A stretch of 63,224 nucleotides of DNA, filler included, from Craspedostauros australis (lineage: Eukaryota), in the NCBI GenBank assembly GCA_030167865.1. It is 14 parts of 14 records of this genome, joined end to end, with 100 filler letters (N's around TTAATTAATTAA, not from the genome) between each part and the next. Parts side by side here need not be neighbours in the genome. Positions count along the whole stretch, not along the records: positions 1 to 15,743 come from JALAGF010001223.1; positions 15,844 to 16,988 come from JALAGF010001226.1; positions 17,089 to 18,501 come from JALAGF010001227.1; positions 18,602 to 19,767 come from JALAGF010001228.1; positions 19,868 to 21,865 come from JALAGF010001229.1; positions 21,966 to 23,029 come from JALAGF010001231.1; positions 23,130 to 29,403 come from JALAGF010001232.1; 7 more parts are not named here. One strand, 5' to 3'. Both the position numbers and the translations under genes were made by a program. How positions within the stretch are numbered: the first letter of the stretch is position 1; each line of letters opens with the position of its first letter. The notes below the pieces were generated by a model that saw only the letters and a list, made by a program, of their open reading frames with translations, did no database searches and was not told the DNA's origin. Shown piece after piece: positions 12,041-23,212 of this stretch.

Positions 12041-15000
12041 TCAGATGCATGCATCCAGGTAGTCGACCTCGTCCTTGAAGTTGGGCTCAGCGGACACTTC
12101 GAGAGAGCTCAACACGAGTTGCGCGGTCACGTGGGCTGATCCAAAAACGTCAAAGATCGTGAGATCATTGGCATCTCCGTCAGCTTTGTTCAAGTAGTCA
12201 GGTGGAAGTTGATAGTACAGCTGGGTCGGGCGGTTGCTGCTCCCTGCTTTCGTGATGTTCCAGAAACGCCCAAGATCATGACCATTCAACCAGATGTGAC
12301 CTCGGCCTTCTGATACCTTCAAGAAGAGGCTCCTGTGTGGAGAGTCGAATGGGGGAGTCTGGAACGTTGTTTGCGCCCATCTTGCTTGAACGGATGATGT
12401 TGCAATGCCTGCCGCAACATCTGTCTTTTCGATGGATCCATCGTGATCATCGCCATCGTTGGGGTTGTTATTGCGGATGTTGCCAAGGTCCCAATGCAAT
12501 CCTGGGAAGGAAAGCCAACGCCGACCGCTGGCCATGGTTTCGCTCTGCACCACAATGGATGTGCTGCTACCGTCCTGAGATCCACCGAGAACGACGGACC
12601 CGACTATGCCCTTCATCTTACGTTTCGTGTCTACTCCCCATCTCCCGATCAAGTTGTCGTATCCCAAGGACTCGGAGAGGAGCAGGAGACGATGAACTCC
12701 TGCGTCGATGCCTCCAATTGGAACATCTAAAGTAACAAGTCCTTCCTTGTGAAAGTGACGGTTGGCCTCGGCAACATATTGACCATCGATGTATGCGACA
12801 AAGCTGTTGGCTTCCGCTGTATCAATATGCAACGTCGCGTCGTCCATGTCTGCATTGAGAGTGATGTTGGTTTCATACCACGCATAGTCGCTGGAGACGT
12901 CAGAGGCGATGTTGAGTGCTGTTTGCTCGATCGGCTCAGTGCTTGCCGTTACCTTCTTGTCCTTCTCCGACAATCGTAACGGTTCTGGCTGCGTCGTCCA
13001 ACTGAGCTCGCTCGCGGTATCTTCATCGAAGATGCGTTGGTACTGCTCTGCTTGGCCATCGATGATGGCACTGTCAAATTCCACGGCTCCGTCGACGATA
13101 ACTGTGACAGATGCGGGTGATAGCGATACAGCTCCGTAACCGTACACCCAGGCCGTCACTGGAAAATTCGCATCGTTTTCGACGAATATGACATGTGGTA
13201 GACTGCCGTTTTCGCTGCCTCCATCACCGTCTTTGCCAGGCCCATTTGTATTCTGGGCACCGTATTCGAACATTCGTTGGTCACCCTGAAGGGCCCATTC
13301 GCCGTTTGAATTCTTGACCAGAAGGTCCTTGTCCTGGTGTAGAGCGCTGTCGCGATGCAGTAATGCGGGCGCGATAGTAGCCAACATGTCATGGAGAGAT
13401 TGCAGATACTCGAACTTGGGGTGGTGCCGCTGCCCGGATGGGCAAAGCACGCCATCGGCAGCATACATGTTGGATATCCCTGCCGCCGCGCTTCTGCACA
13501 TGCGCGAAAAGATTTGGAATTCGAGTAGTTGGATGCGGCCAAGCAGATGGAAGTGATGCAACCACGTGGATGTGTTGTACACGGTGTTTGTTTTGTGTAG
13601 AAAAGCGTGCATTTGAAGTAGGAGACCAAACCATGTGAGGTGTGTGAAGAAAAAGTGAGGAGTACAGTGGCTTGCTGACTGACGGGGTTGCCAAGGCAGT
13701 GCAATATCCGTAGCCCGCTCAGCGCATCGACCATACCATGAGAAGACGTAGGTACTGCGCACGAGCAATACCCATGCGAACTCACCGCCCACGGTTGTAG
13801 CCTCCCCACCACATGTAGTAGTTCAGATGAGCCCCTCCGCGAGCAAACCACTTCAGTACCTCCTGACCCGTGTTCCTCGAAGTGCGACCCCAGAAGTAGT
13901 CTGTGGGTTGAGACGCATTCTCTCCCCATATCTGGAAGCCATTCTCAAATTCCGTCAGCAGCGCTGGTTGGTCGATCTGAATCCTTCCGCTGTCACCGTG
14001 CTGCTCCACCCAGTAGCCGGTGCAATCGCCATTGCAAGTTTCGACGGTGTTGGATGCCGAAAGGCCAAAGCACATGGTCCATGAAACTTGAGGTGCGAGC
14101 TTTTGAACGAGATCGCCGCACCAGTTGGCATAGTCTTGGGTCGTTCCGCTTGTTCCTTTGGTTTGGTCTGAACAGATCGCATCCTCGTGTACTCCTGCAG
14201 GTTCATTTTTTGCCTGTTCGTCATTGGCGGAGTTGCAGTTATCGATATCACTGGCAGCTGAATCCGGTGCGTCCATGTCATTGCCAAGTTCGTTTTCGAT
14301 TTGGCCCAAGATGATGGGCCCGCCTTGGTATGACCACAGCTTCTCTTCGGTCAGATACTCGATGACTTCGATGACATATCCCTCCATCGCTGCCATCCAC
14401 GTCAGATCGTATCTCCGCATCGAGATGCCCGGATGCGCCAACGGCAGCCACTCTGGGATCCCGCCGTAACTGTACTCCGCGCACGTGTATGGTCCGATGC
14501 GGATATGGACAAATAACCCACGGCTGCCAGCAAGCCGAACAGCGGTGGCCAGATCCCATCGACATGCGTCCATGGAATCATCATCATCATATGAGACGCC
14601 TTCACATCCCACGCCAGCTGGAAATTTCCAATCGATCGGATGATCCGGAAGTGGTTGATGTGCTGACCACATGACGTACATCGTGATCATGTTCAACCCA
14701 TTCTGGACCGCTTGACCCAACGCATCTTCCCAGCTTTGGCGCGTCGCGCGGACCGGGTGCATGCTGCCGGACAAGAAGAAGGAACGCTGGTCATTCAAGA
14801 GTAGCGACCTGCGATCGTAGGACACTTCAATGCTTGCATTATGTCCAGCGAAATCATGAAATGAGGGAAACCCAGGCCTGCTTTGCACGGTATCTAAAGA
14901 CTTCTTCTGAACGGCGGTATTGTGGGCCGCGCTTGTCCAACGAAACAAGGCTTGGAATGCCACGACGAGAAGGCTTGTAAACACCCAAACCATGATTGCT

Positions 15001-15230
15001 GCGTGCTTGCGCGTGCAAACGGAACGGCACAGCTCCACGCGTTCATCATCTTCAATCTCAGCGCAACTGCCCGACAGTGAATGGTTCTTATTCATGCTCA
15101 TCAGGCTTCGATCGCAGCAGCTTTCCTCTGCGAGCAGATACTGATGCTCATCCGCAACTCCGTCGACATCGCCTTTGTCGCCTTCGTGAGTTTGGCGCTG
15201 TCGCCATTGATGTTGGGTTGAGTCTGCCAT
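12041..15230 (-). CDS. GH35 beta-galactosidase, type II membrane-anchored; complement(join(12041..13493,13786..15230))
   Basis: SYDRRSL, SGSMHPVR, RIGPYTCAEYSYGGIPEWL, GGPIILGQIENE (acid/base), PALLTE (nucleophile) and NYYMWWGGYNRG motifs. A GTGAGT...CAG intron gives YNRGRSAAAG. C-terminal GRGHIWLNGHDLGRFW...PTQLYYQLP. Confidence 0.93.
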
Positions 15231-15448
15231 CGTGAACTGTCGCGAGAATCGCTGCCTCTCCACGATGCGTTTCCTAAACAATGGCGCAGATACGAGCAAA
15301 CGACGATGTCCTGTTGGATGTACAATCGTATTTCTGAGAGGCAGGTCTGGTGAATGGAATGATGCCACGCGTCAAAGGCGTCATACGTTCGTTGATGTGT
15401 GTGATACTACTGCTACTACTACGACCTCCAGGTCGCAGTTGATGCACT

Positions 15449-15743
15449 CACGATAACACTAGTTGTGGAGTGTTTTTTGAGTTTTACTCGTGATGAGTCG
15501 TGATAAAGTAGACTAAANNNNNNNNNNNNNNNNNNNNNNNNNNNNNNNNNNNNNNNNNNNNNNNNNNNNNNNNNNNNNNNNNNNNNNNNNNNNNNNNNNN
15601 NNNNNNNNNNNNNNNNNNNNNNNNNNNNNNNNNNNNNNNNAGTTAAATTTGTATGAACTTTATTTTTAATGTCGTTTTGGCTTGCTGTCTGTCAGGTGGT
15701 GGGTGCAAAAAATTCTCGATGGCACCATGCTGCCCTACCTTCA
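15449..15743. mobile_element. Terminal segment of a multicopy repeat (probable DNA transposon end starting CACGATA), truncated by the contig end
   Basis: Near-identical to 51476..51763 on both sides of an internal N gap. The flanks diverge just before TCACGATAAC. Confidence 0.7.
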
Positions 15744-15843
15744 NNNNNNNNNNNNNNNNNNNNNNNNNNNNNNNNNNNNNNNNNNNNTTAATTAATTAAN
15801 NNNNNNNNNNNNNNNNNNNNNNNNNNNNNNNNNNNNNNNNNNN
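15744..15843. other. Artificial 100-bp contig spacer N44-TTAATTAATTAA-N44 (first of 13)
   Basis: Identical spacers at 16989-17088, 18502-18601, 19768-19867, 21866-21965, 23030-23129, 29404-29503, 34077-34176, 35279-35378, 51764-51863, 54433-54532, 60671-60770 and 61909-62008. The 12-mer has stops in all six frames. Confidence 0.99.
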
Positions 15844-15913
15844 TCGGATGACAGATATCAACTCCACCGAATACGATATCGGAGTACAGTCGCAATGCAA
15901 GACCAAGACCAGA

Positions 15914-16078
15914 ATAACACGGGACAGTGCGACCGAAACAAGCCGAATGTCGACGATGTTCATGGCCGATAACACGGCACATCGCGACAGAACCAAACCG
16001 AATGTCGATGATGCTCATGGCCGATAACGCGGCGCATCACGACGAATGCAAACAGAATGATGATGATGATCACGGTCG
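15914..16078. repeat. Three diverged tandem copies of a 55-bp unit
   Basis: Units start at 15914, 15969 and 16024, each ATAAC(A/G)CGG...GAATG...GATG.TCA.GG.CG. Confidence 0.85.
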
Positions 16079-16456
16079 TTCACACGAGAGATGCTGCTGA
16101 CCCTGCAACTTGCAATCAGTCCAGAACAACATCTCATCCTCATCTCATAATCCGAGAGTTCAATACAAACTCACCAACCAACAGTAAATCCAACTAATCG
16201 ACAACTAACGATAACAATTACCTCCAAACCAGAGCCCACGATCTCACCACTGCCTACGCCGGTCTAATCAGTGCTGACATCTGGACACAATATCACACGC
16301 TTCCTCTGCGCAACGTCAAGGCAAACCACCTTAACCAAGCGCTACTACGGACCCTCAAGACGAACAACCAACGGCAAAGACACCATTTCGTCCCACGGCT
16401 CCAACGACAAGCAACGGTACCTGTTCACTGACTGGAAAACCCATCTGTCAGCAGCA

Positions 16457-16988
16457 ATGACGGGAACCGTCACAACACGCTCGCAGACGAGCCAAGCCAA
16501 CCAGGCGGCACAGCAGGCCGCCGGCCTCTCGGCGATGGCCAACCCAGCCAACGTCCAACCCGTCCAGGGCGACGTGCCAGCCGCACGCAAGCCAACGCCC
16601 AGACCAAGCAACGACGCCATCCCGACCAACCAGGTGCAGAACCAACCTCAAGGCCGGTACTACGTCCCGCCCCTCCAAGAAGGCGGAACAGGCGCCGAAG
16701 GCCCTCGACAAACCAATCGAGTGCCGACCCCGCAACCACGCGGCGGATTCCAGTTTCCGACCAACGCAGACGGCGGCGGAGGCGGCGGTGACAACGGCGG
16801 CGGCGGCGGCGGCGACGATGGAGGAGACTACGGCGACGACATCGATCTGGACGCGCCGGACGATGACTTCTCCGACTTCGGCCCAGCGGACGGTGGCCTT
16901 GGCATCGGAGGAGCTGGACCCCCGGCGTTCCAATACGCACTGACTCCGGCGCGCATCCACAACACCCTGCTGAACTACAACATCCCGT
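16457..16988 (+). CDS. Probable N-terminus of a copia-type Gag/polyprotein (3'-partial)
   Basis: Low-complexity Q/P/G/D-rich leader with a TRSQ motif, followed by FQYALTPARIHNTLLNY, which recalls the FALTP...LxY start of diatom copia Gag. Cut by the contig end. Confidence 0.45.
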
Positions 16989-17088
16989 NNNNNNNNNNNN
17001 NNNNNNNNNNNNNNNNNNNNNNNNNNNNNNNNTTAATTAATTAANNNNNNNNNNNNNNNNNNNNNNNNNNNNNNNNNNNNNNNNNNNN

Positions 17089-17509
17089 TTCACCCTACTA
17101 ACACCAATAAGCTAACTCATAATAACAGACAAGGATTAGCTACAAAGCACTCTACTTCTCATCGTTACAAGTCATAATTCTTCAATCAGTACACCTCTCT
17201 TGAACTGCATCACACGGCTATCCCGAAGCCGGCAGATTCACGAGGCATTCTCCACCGATTCGCGACGTCTACGCACGAATCCTAACTGACGGACGATCTT
17301 CCAATTCTCTCAGAAATCGTCATTCGCAAATTTCCTCCAGAAATCTTGCTCATTTTCGTGTGCTCCATTTCCGCTGTAATTCTGACGAATCACAGCATAC
17401 TATCGACACGAGTGTAGTTATACCGTCCAAGTGCGTATGAGAGAATAACGGGTGAACGATGCACATATACACGTACATCTTGACATATACTCACATGTAC
17501 ATCTCGACA
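17089..17509. mobile_element. Partial LTR (family 'C'; terminus reads TGTCGAGATGTAC on the minus strand)
   Basis: 17427..17509 matches 23130..23212 (79/83) and 17453..17509 matches 43690..43746 (56/57). All three end at the same ...TCGACA with different flanks. Leftward extent beyond 17427 is inferred. Confidence 0.7.
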
Positions 17510-18601
17510 TGACTATGACTAAGGATACGGACGTGATTGATACCTGTACTACCGCAAGGAGGGTAGTCTGTCCTCTGGTAACATAAGGACGACACCCATG
17601 GCGGATCAGGAAGTCCCAATACCAAACCAACCATGGCAGCCATGCAGACGACGACGTTGATCAGAACAGCAGGCCGATGGGCAAGTGACGCGCCCCCTTC
17701 AGAGGACAGCACGCACCCCTCCTGCGGACAAGAACATCCGCAGGTTTGGAACATCACCAAGGCTGACATCGATCCTGGAACGATGGTGTCATGAGATCAA
17801 CAACGAAAGCAGATGATAGGCAAGCGCTCAGGACTGCAGATCCCTACCATGCGAGCGTAGACAGCTACGATGAAGCAGAGGCAAGCAACAATGATGCCAA
17901 GACAAGGAAGCAAGAACAGAGCATGATGAACAGGGAGAGAAGCACCTAAGAGACAACAGGGTGCCCCGTGTCGCCACCACGACAGATGCCTACCATGAAA
18001 AGTGAAATTGGAAGAGAAAGNGAGATTGTGCTCACAGTTCTAAAACGGTACAGTTTCTAACAGCGGATTAGATTACAGTACTAACAATAACCCCGGATTT
18101 CCAACAGTTACTAGTTGTCACCAGAGCCAAGCAGCGTCCTCGTCCAAACCAGGCGAGTCCACTGCTGGGAAACAACATCTCTGTAATAGTACGTGATGCT
18201 GGTTGTTCTCACATTTTCCTGGTCGCTTCTGCGTCTGCTTGACTTGCCATTCCTTTGCTTTCGTTTGTGTTTGTTGTTTGATTTTCGAAAAGATGAGTGA
18301 AGCAAGCTCGTAGTCCGCAAAATGGAATCGGTGACGGCTGGCGTCAGCGTCGCGTCGGTCATATTTGTATGTAACATTCATGTGGTAGTATATGTTAATA
18401 CAAACCATAACGTCAATTAACCATCACGGTGAAAAGCGATCATCTGTGAACGCCATTGTTTCGAACTCGAACGGACAAATCAGAGCCGACCTGACACACA
18501 TNNNNNNNNNNNNNNNNNNNNNNNNNNNNNNNNNNNNNNNNNNNNTTAATTAATTAANNNNNNNNNNNNNNNNNNNNNNNNNNNNNNNNNNNNNNNNNNN
18601 N

Positions 18602-19767
18602 GCAACCGCAGCCGTGAAAGTGGAAGGAGCCGGAATGAGCAACTGGGATGAAGGAATACAAATGCGACAGGCAGACCACCGATGCCTGTGGATAGACATA
18701 AGCATGGAGGCAGTGCTGGGACAATCAATGGCGAAGCTGAGGAAAGCAGTGACAAGGCGAGTGAAGACGGAAGACCCAAGGATCGTCGATAGATTCAACA
18801 TTGCCTACGCAAAGCATCTGAAACTGCACAAAGCAAGGAGGAGAGCATTCCGATTGGAACGACAAGCAGCAACAGAATGGACGACGGACATGGAGAAAGA
18901 AGCAGAACGGTTGGATCGAATCAGAATAGAAGGGATTTGGAAAGCCGACAAAGCTTGTCGAAGGTTGAGAATGGGAGGAATCCCGTATTCCAGGGAGTAT
19001 AAGGCTGTCGAAGCCCGGATAGGCATGTGGAACAACATCGTCAGAAAAAGGAAAGGAGCCAACATTTCGTCCACCACCATCGTACGGCTTGCGAAGCGAG
19101 CTCATGAAGACAGACAAGTGAAGGAACTGATGCGAGTGAACGATGAGGATTTGACGAAGGAACAACAAGCGGCGTACGAGGCACTACGAACGTTCCGAAC
19201 AAGAGCTACGAAGGCAAGAGAGAACTGGCTGGAAGGGTTAGCGATAGCAAGAGGGAGAGCGGGGCTACAACAACAACCGAACACAGAGAAGAGTGAAACG
19301 GAGGCGACAGAGCAGCAACTACGACAGCTACGCAAGAAAGAGAGAGTGAGGGCAACGTACAAAAGGATCAGAACAGCCACAGGAAGCAATACAGCGGCAG
19401 GCATATCAATGGTGATAGCCCCGGACGGCCAAGGAAATTGGGTAGAGCGGACGGGCAAGGAGGAGATCGAGAAAGGATGTATGGAAGAGAACAAAAGGAG
19501 GTTCCGGCAAACGGAGGAAACGCCATTCATGCACGGCACACTGGCGAAGGAATTCGGGTATCTAGGAGTAACCGAGGCGGCCGACAGAACGCTGAAGGGA
19601 GACTATCAACCGAAGTCATGGGTCGACGAAGGAGCAAAGAGATTACTGCAAGGGCTGAAATCGGTGGCCAAACAGCAAATCCCAGCAGGAATGACAACCG
19701 ATGAATTCCAGCAAGGATGGAAGAAGGCCAAGGAAGATACCTCCGCAGGGCCATCAGGACTACACTT
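18602..19767 (+). mobile_element. Ambal-type non-LTR retrotransposon ORF2 fragment (end of APE endonuclease to start of RT), partial at both ends
   Basis: ADHRCLWIDI (APE terminal DH), CRRLRMGGIPYS, ENKRRFRQT.ETP and KAKEDTSAGPSGLH, colinear with ORF2 at 35496-41147. Confidence 0.88.
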
Positions 19768-19867
19768 NNNNNNNNNNNNNNNNNNNNNNNNNNNNNNNNN
19801 NNNNNNNNNNNTTAATTAATTAANNNNNNNNNNNNNNNNNNNNNNNNNNNNNNNNNNNNNNNNNNNN

Positions 19868-21654
19868 GGGCGTCGCTTCGTTAGCTTGGCCTGGGCGACT
19901 GGTGGTTCGCTGCGGGTGGATCCTCGATGGGGTGTATACCCGGGTTCGTGTTGTCCGTGTGGGGTGTTCGGGCCCGTGTTGCGTGGGTCATGTCTTCCGA
20001 AACCTCCATTGGGATTGGTTGGGCGGTACCCATACGCGGGTGGTCGTGGTGGATACCCGGGGTGGGGTTGTCCAACGGGGGTGAAGGCTCCTTGTGGCAT
20101 TGGAAAACCTCCGGTTCCATGGGGAAAATGGCCCATGGGAATAGGGATCCCAATGGGCGGGAATCCGCCTGGGTGGGTTCCGTGGTACATCGGAAGCGGT
20201 GGGCCATGAGGGAATTGGTTTCCCATGTTAGGGGAATACCCATAAGGGTTACCGCCGTTGTGTCCATGGTAAATTGGAGGCCCATGGTTGCTACGGTGCG
20301 AGCGGCTTGTCCCATGGTTCGCGGGTGGGTTTCCGGCAAGGTTCCGGTTTACGGGTTCGCGCCTGTTGATGCCTCGATAGTTACCCGCGCCATGTGAGGC
20401 CGATGTATCCGCGGTACCGTGGTAGGGTTGCGGGTTCCGATCGTGGGGTGGATGGTTTCCGTCATTCTCTGGGTAGTTCATCCGGGGTGCGTTGGTACCT
20501 CCTGTACCTCTGGTGGTCGGTTTGGGGGCGAAGGTTACTGCTTTGGTGTCGGTTGGGTTGCGGTCGTAGTCACCAATCGTTGCTAGGTCCACGTTGGGGA
20601 AGAGTCGGTTCCGTCCTGTGGGACCGCGGTTGCCGGGTACGTCTGCGGTGTCGTCGTTACCAGGGTGTTGGTCGTAGTCGGTGCCTGGTTCGGTGTCTTC
20701 GTTGGGCGGAGTGGTACCGCGGGTGTCGATGATTACTGGTGACGTGTTTCGTGATCCGTGCTTGGCGATGCTGGAGAGTTGGGTCTCGTTCGGAAAGTCG
20801 GGTGGGGTACGGTGCGGGATGTTCCCACCAATCATGAGGGAGAACCCAGATGGAGTTCCTCCTGGGTGGCTGTCGTTGTCGCGTCCGGTTCGACGGGTAG
20901 ATGCTTCTGACCCAGATGAGACGCTGGTCGCGGATGCGTTGGAGAGTGCCTTCTTATGTTCTCCAATGGCCTCCAACCACGCTTTGTTGTGGTGGCGTTT
21001 GCCGCATCTTTCGGAACGGCAGAAGTCTGTCATGGCTTTGGCGGTGGTGGCCGTGTCGGCAAACATCGCGTCAAGGGTGGATTCGAGGGTGGATTCCTCC
21101 TCCACTTCGATGGATCTGACCCATTCTCCGATGTGGTAGATGAGGAGTCCTGTCTCGTAGTTCCTTGCAATGTCGTCCGGGTCCTTGAGGTTGAACATGA
21201 TTAATGCCGGGTCCATGTCGGTGGCTTCTTCGTGGATGGTGATCAACAGTTGGGAGATGGTCTTCTCTTCTGCGAGGGTCTTGGGTGGGAAGAGATCAAA
21301 GATCATGGCGGTTTCGATGCTGATCCGGAACTCCTGTCTGAGTTCCGTGAACGCGTTCCAGGTAGTCTTGTGGACGTGGCGTACGATTTCGGTTTCGTTG
21401 GTTCTTTCCTTTCGGTTCCATGCATCCACGATGATGGGGTGTCGGAAGGTGGCTTCGACGAAGCTATCTCCGATCTCCGTGAAGGAGAGCAAGGATGGCC
21501 CAGCCGTTTGGTAGCCTGGCGTGCCATCAAGGATGGAAGAGATGCTTGGGTCCTTCGGGTCCGCGGGGACGGTCTCGAAGGCTAGGGTCCTGTCTCCTGG
21601 GCTCCTCTTGGGAGGTGGCCGGTTGGAGNNTTGGAGGCGNTNGGTGACGGTCAT
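19868..21654 (-). CDS. Hypothetical protein, 3'-partial; helical N-terminal half plus long P/G/H/N-rich region; possibly a retroelement Gag-like ORF
   Basis: About 595 codons open to the contig end, no intron evident, strong strand base skew like neighbouring transposon contigs. No diagnostic motif recognised. Confidence 0.45.
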
Positions 21655-21965
21655 CTTGCAGAGGTCTAAGAGCTTGACAATCTTTTGCGACTGTTAATCT
21701 AATAGAGCCCAAACGTAATGGCTGTTGTCTTGTTGGCTGTTCTTTAGCTGTAGGCAGAGGCTTGACTGGCAAGCGGTCCGGACGTGAGTCTTCTGTTCCA
21801 CAAGTAGTCAATTGAGAATACTGGTAGATGGTGAAGAAACGTGCGGATTATGAGATTAGTGCTATNNNNNNNNNNNNNNNNNNNNNNNNNNNNNNNNNNN
21901 NNNNNNNNNTTAATTAATTAANNNNNNNNNNNNNNNNNNNNNNNNNNNNNNNNNNNNNNNNNNNN

Positions 21966-23029
21966 TCCTCTGGATCCCTTGGCCACGTATGCCAGGTGTT
22001 CCATATCTTTGAAGCTTTGTTGTTCCTCTTGAATGATGAGTGGCTGGTTTATCCAGCAGTTGGTCTTGCTCTCGTTGGATCCGATGCGGTAATTCAAGTA
22101 GTCCTCGAGACCATTCTCGATCTTGATTCCAAATCGCTCTCCCTTGATGTTCTTCACCGATTGCTTCAGCTCGCGTGTGCTTCTGATGCACAGGCGATCG
22201 TCGGCGTACGTCCTAATGAGGACGAGGCTCCCTTCCCGATTCCGGATTAGCAGACATGGACCCGCCTTGCTCTGCCAGAAGCCAAGCTTGGTCAATGTGT
22301 TCACAAGCTCCTCATTTCATTGCCTCGCGCTCTGCACCGACCTGTAGATGGTCTTCTTCAGCGGCAGGCATCCATCCGGTTCGTGTTCCTTTCTCTTGGG
22401 ACACTGCATGTAGATCTCTTCTCCTTGAAGACCCACTTCATCTTCACTCACTGCCGATCCCTTGGCATCTCGCTCATCTTGATCTTCTGCCAGACTCCTC
22501 GTCTGATCATTTCGTAGAACTCCTTGTTGATGGCCTCCTGCCATCTCTTTCACCTCGCTTCGCTGGATCCGCATGATCCCAGCATTCTTTGGATGTGGAG
22601 GTGTCCAGCATCATAGCTGTATATGCATGCTCGGACGTCTCATTCCCTCTCTCATGTTTGCTGGGGTCTTCTCCACTTCCTCAGCTGACTCACCACCTCC
22701 ACTGCTTGAATCTGAGTCGGAGTGGTGTTCTGGCGCGTTGTTGTGCAGTGCCAAGCCGCGTATCATCCGTGGCATCCTCGCCACTGGTCTCATGGGAGAG
22801 TACTCAAGGTCCTCGCTTTCAGCGATTGCCTCCGGGTCACTCGTANNNNGTCCCTTCCGATCATCAGGATCCACATGATCCTGGCACTCCTCAGGCGCTC
22901 ATAGACTCGGCATCATTCCAGTGTTGATGTGCACGAATCTCTCTCGCCGTCGCGTTCGCTCTCAACATCCTGACTTGCAGCGATGAAGTCGATCACTCTC
23001 ATCCTCCATTGGATAGCATCGATCCTCAT
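21966..23029 (-). pseudogene. Degenerate Ty1/copia pol remnant (RT)
   Basis: TYADDRLCI...ERFGIKIENGLEDYLNYRI...KTNCWINQP aligns with the intact 60771-61784 copy. YVDD is changed to YADD, there are frameshifts, and an apparent deletion between the KWVFK region and EEIYMQCP. Confidence 0.85.
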
Positions 23030-23129
23030 NNNNNNNNNNNNNNNNNNNNNNNNNNNNNNNNNNNNNNNNNNNNTTAATTAATTAANNNNNNNNNNNNNNN
23101 NNNNNNNNNNNNNNNNNNNNNNNNNNNNN

Positions 23130-23212
23130 CCAAGTGTGTATGAGAGAATAGCGGGTGAACGATGCACATATACTCGTACATCTCGACATATACTCACATG
23201 TACATCTCGACA
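23130..23212. mobile_element. End of a family 'C' LTR inserted into copia A
   Basis: 83-bp match to 17427..17509. It interrupts copia A after KAATKEMR. Confidence 0.8.

Noticed and set aside
15448..15465. Helitron 5' end (TC start, nearby CTAG)
   Set aside because: Not preceded by A in either copy, and the inverted counterpart at 885-908 fits terminal inverted repeats better.
15914..16078. CRISPR array
   Set aside because: The units are similar along their whole length with no unique spacers, there are no cas genes, and the context is eukaryotic.
16142..16154. ATCTCATAATCCG shared with 21844-21856 (minus strand), upstream of two Gag-like ORFs, as a tRNA-Met primer-binding site
   Set aside because: It is in tRNA sense rather than complementary, is not next to an identifiable LTR end, and 13-mer matches are expected by chance at this window size.
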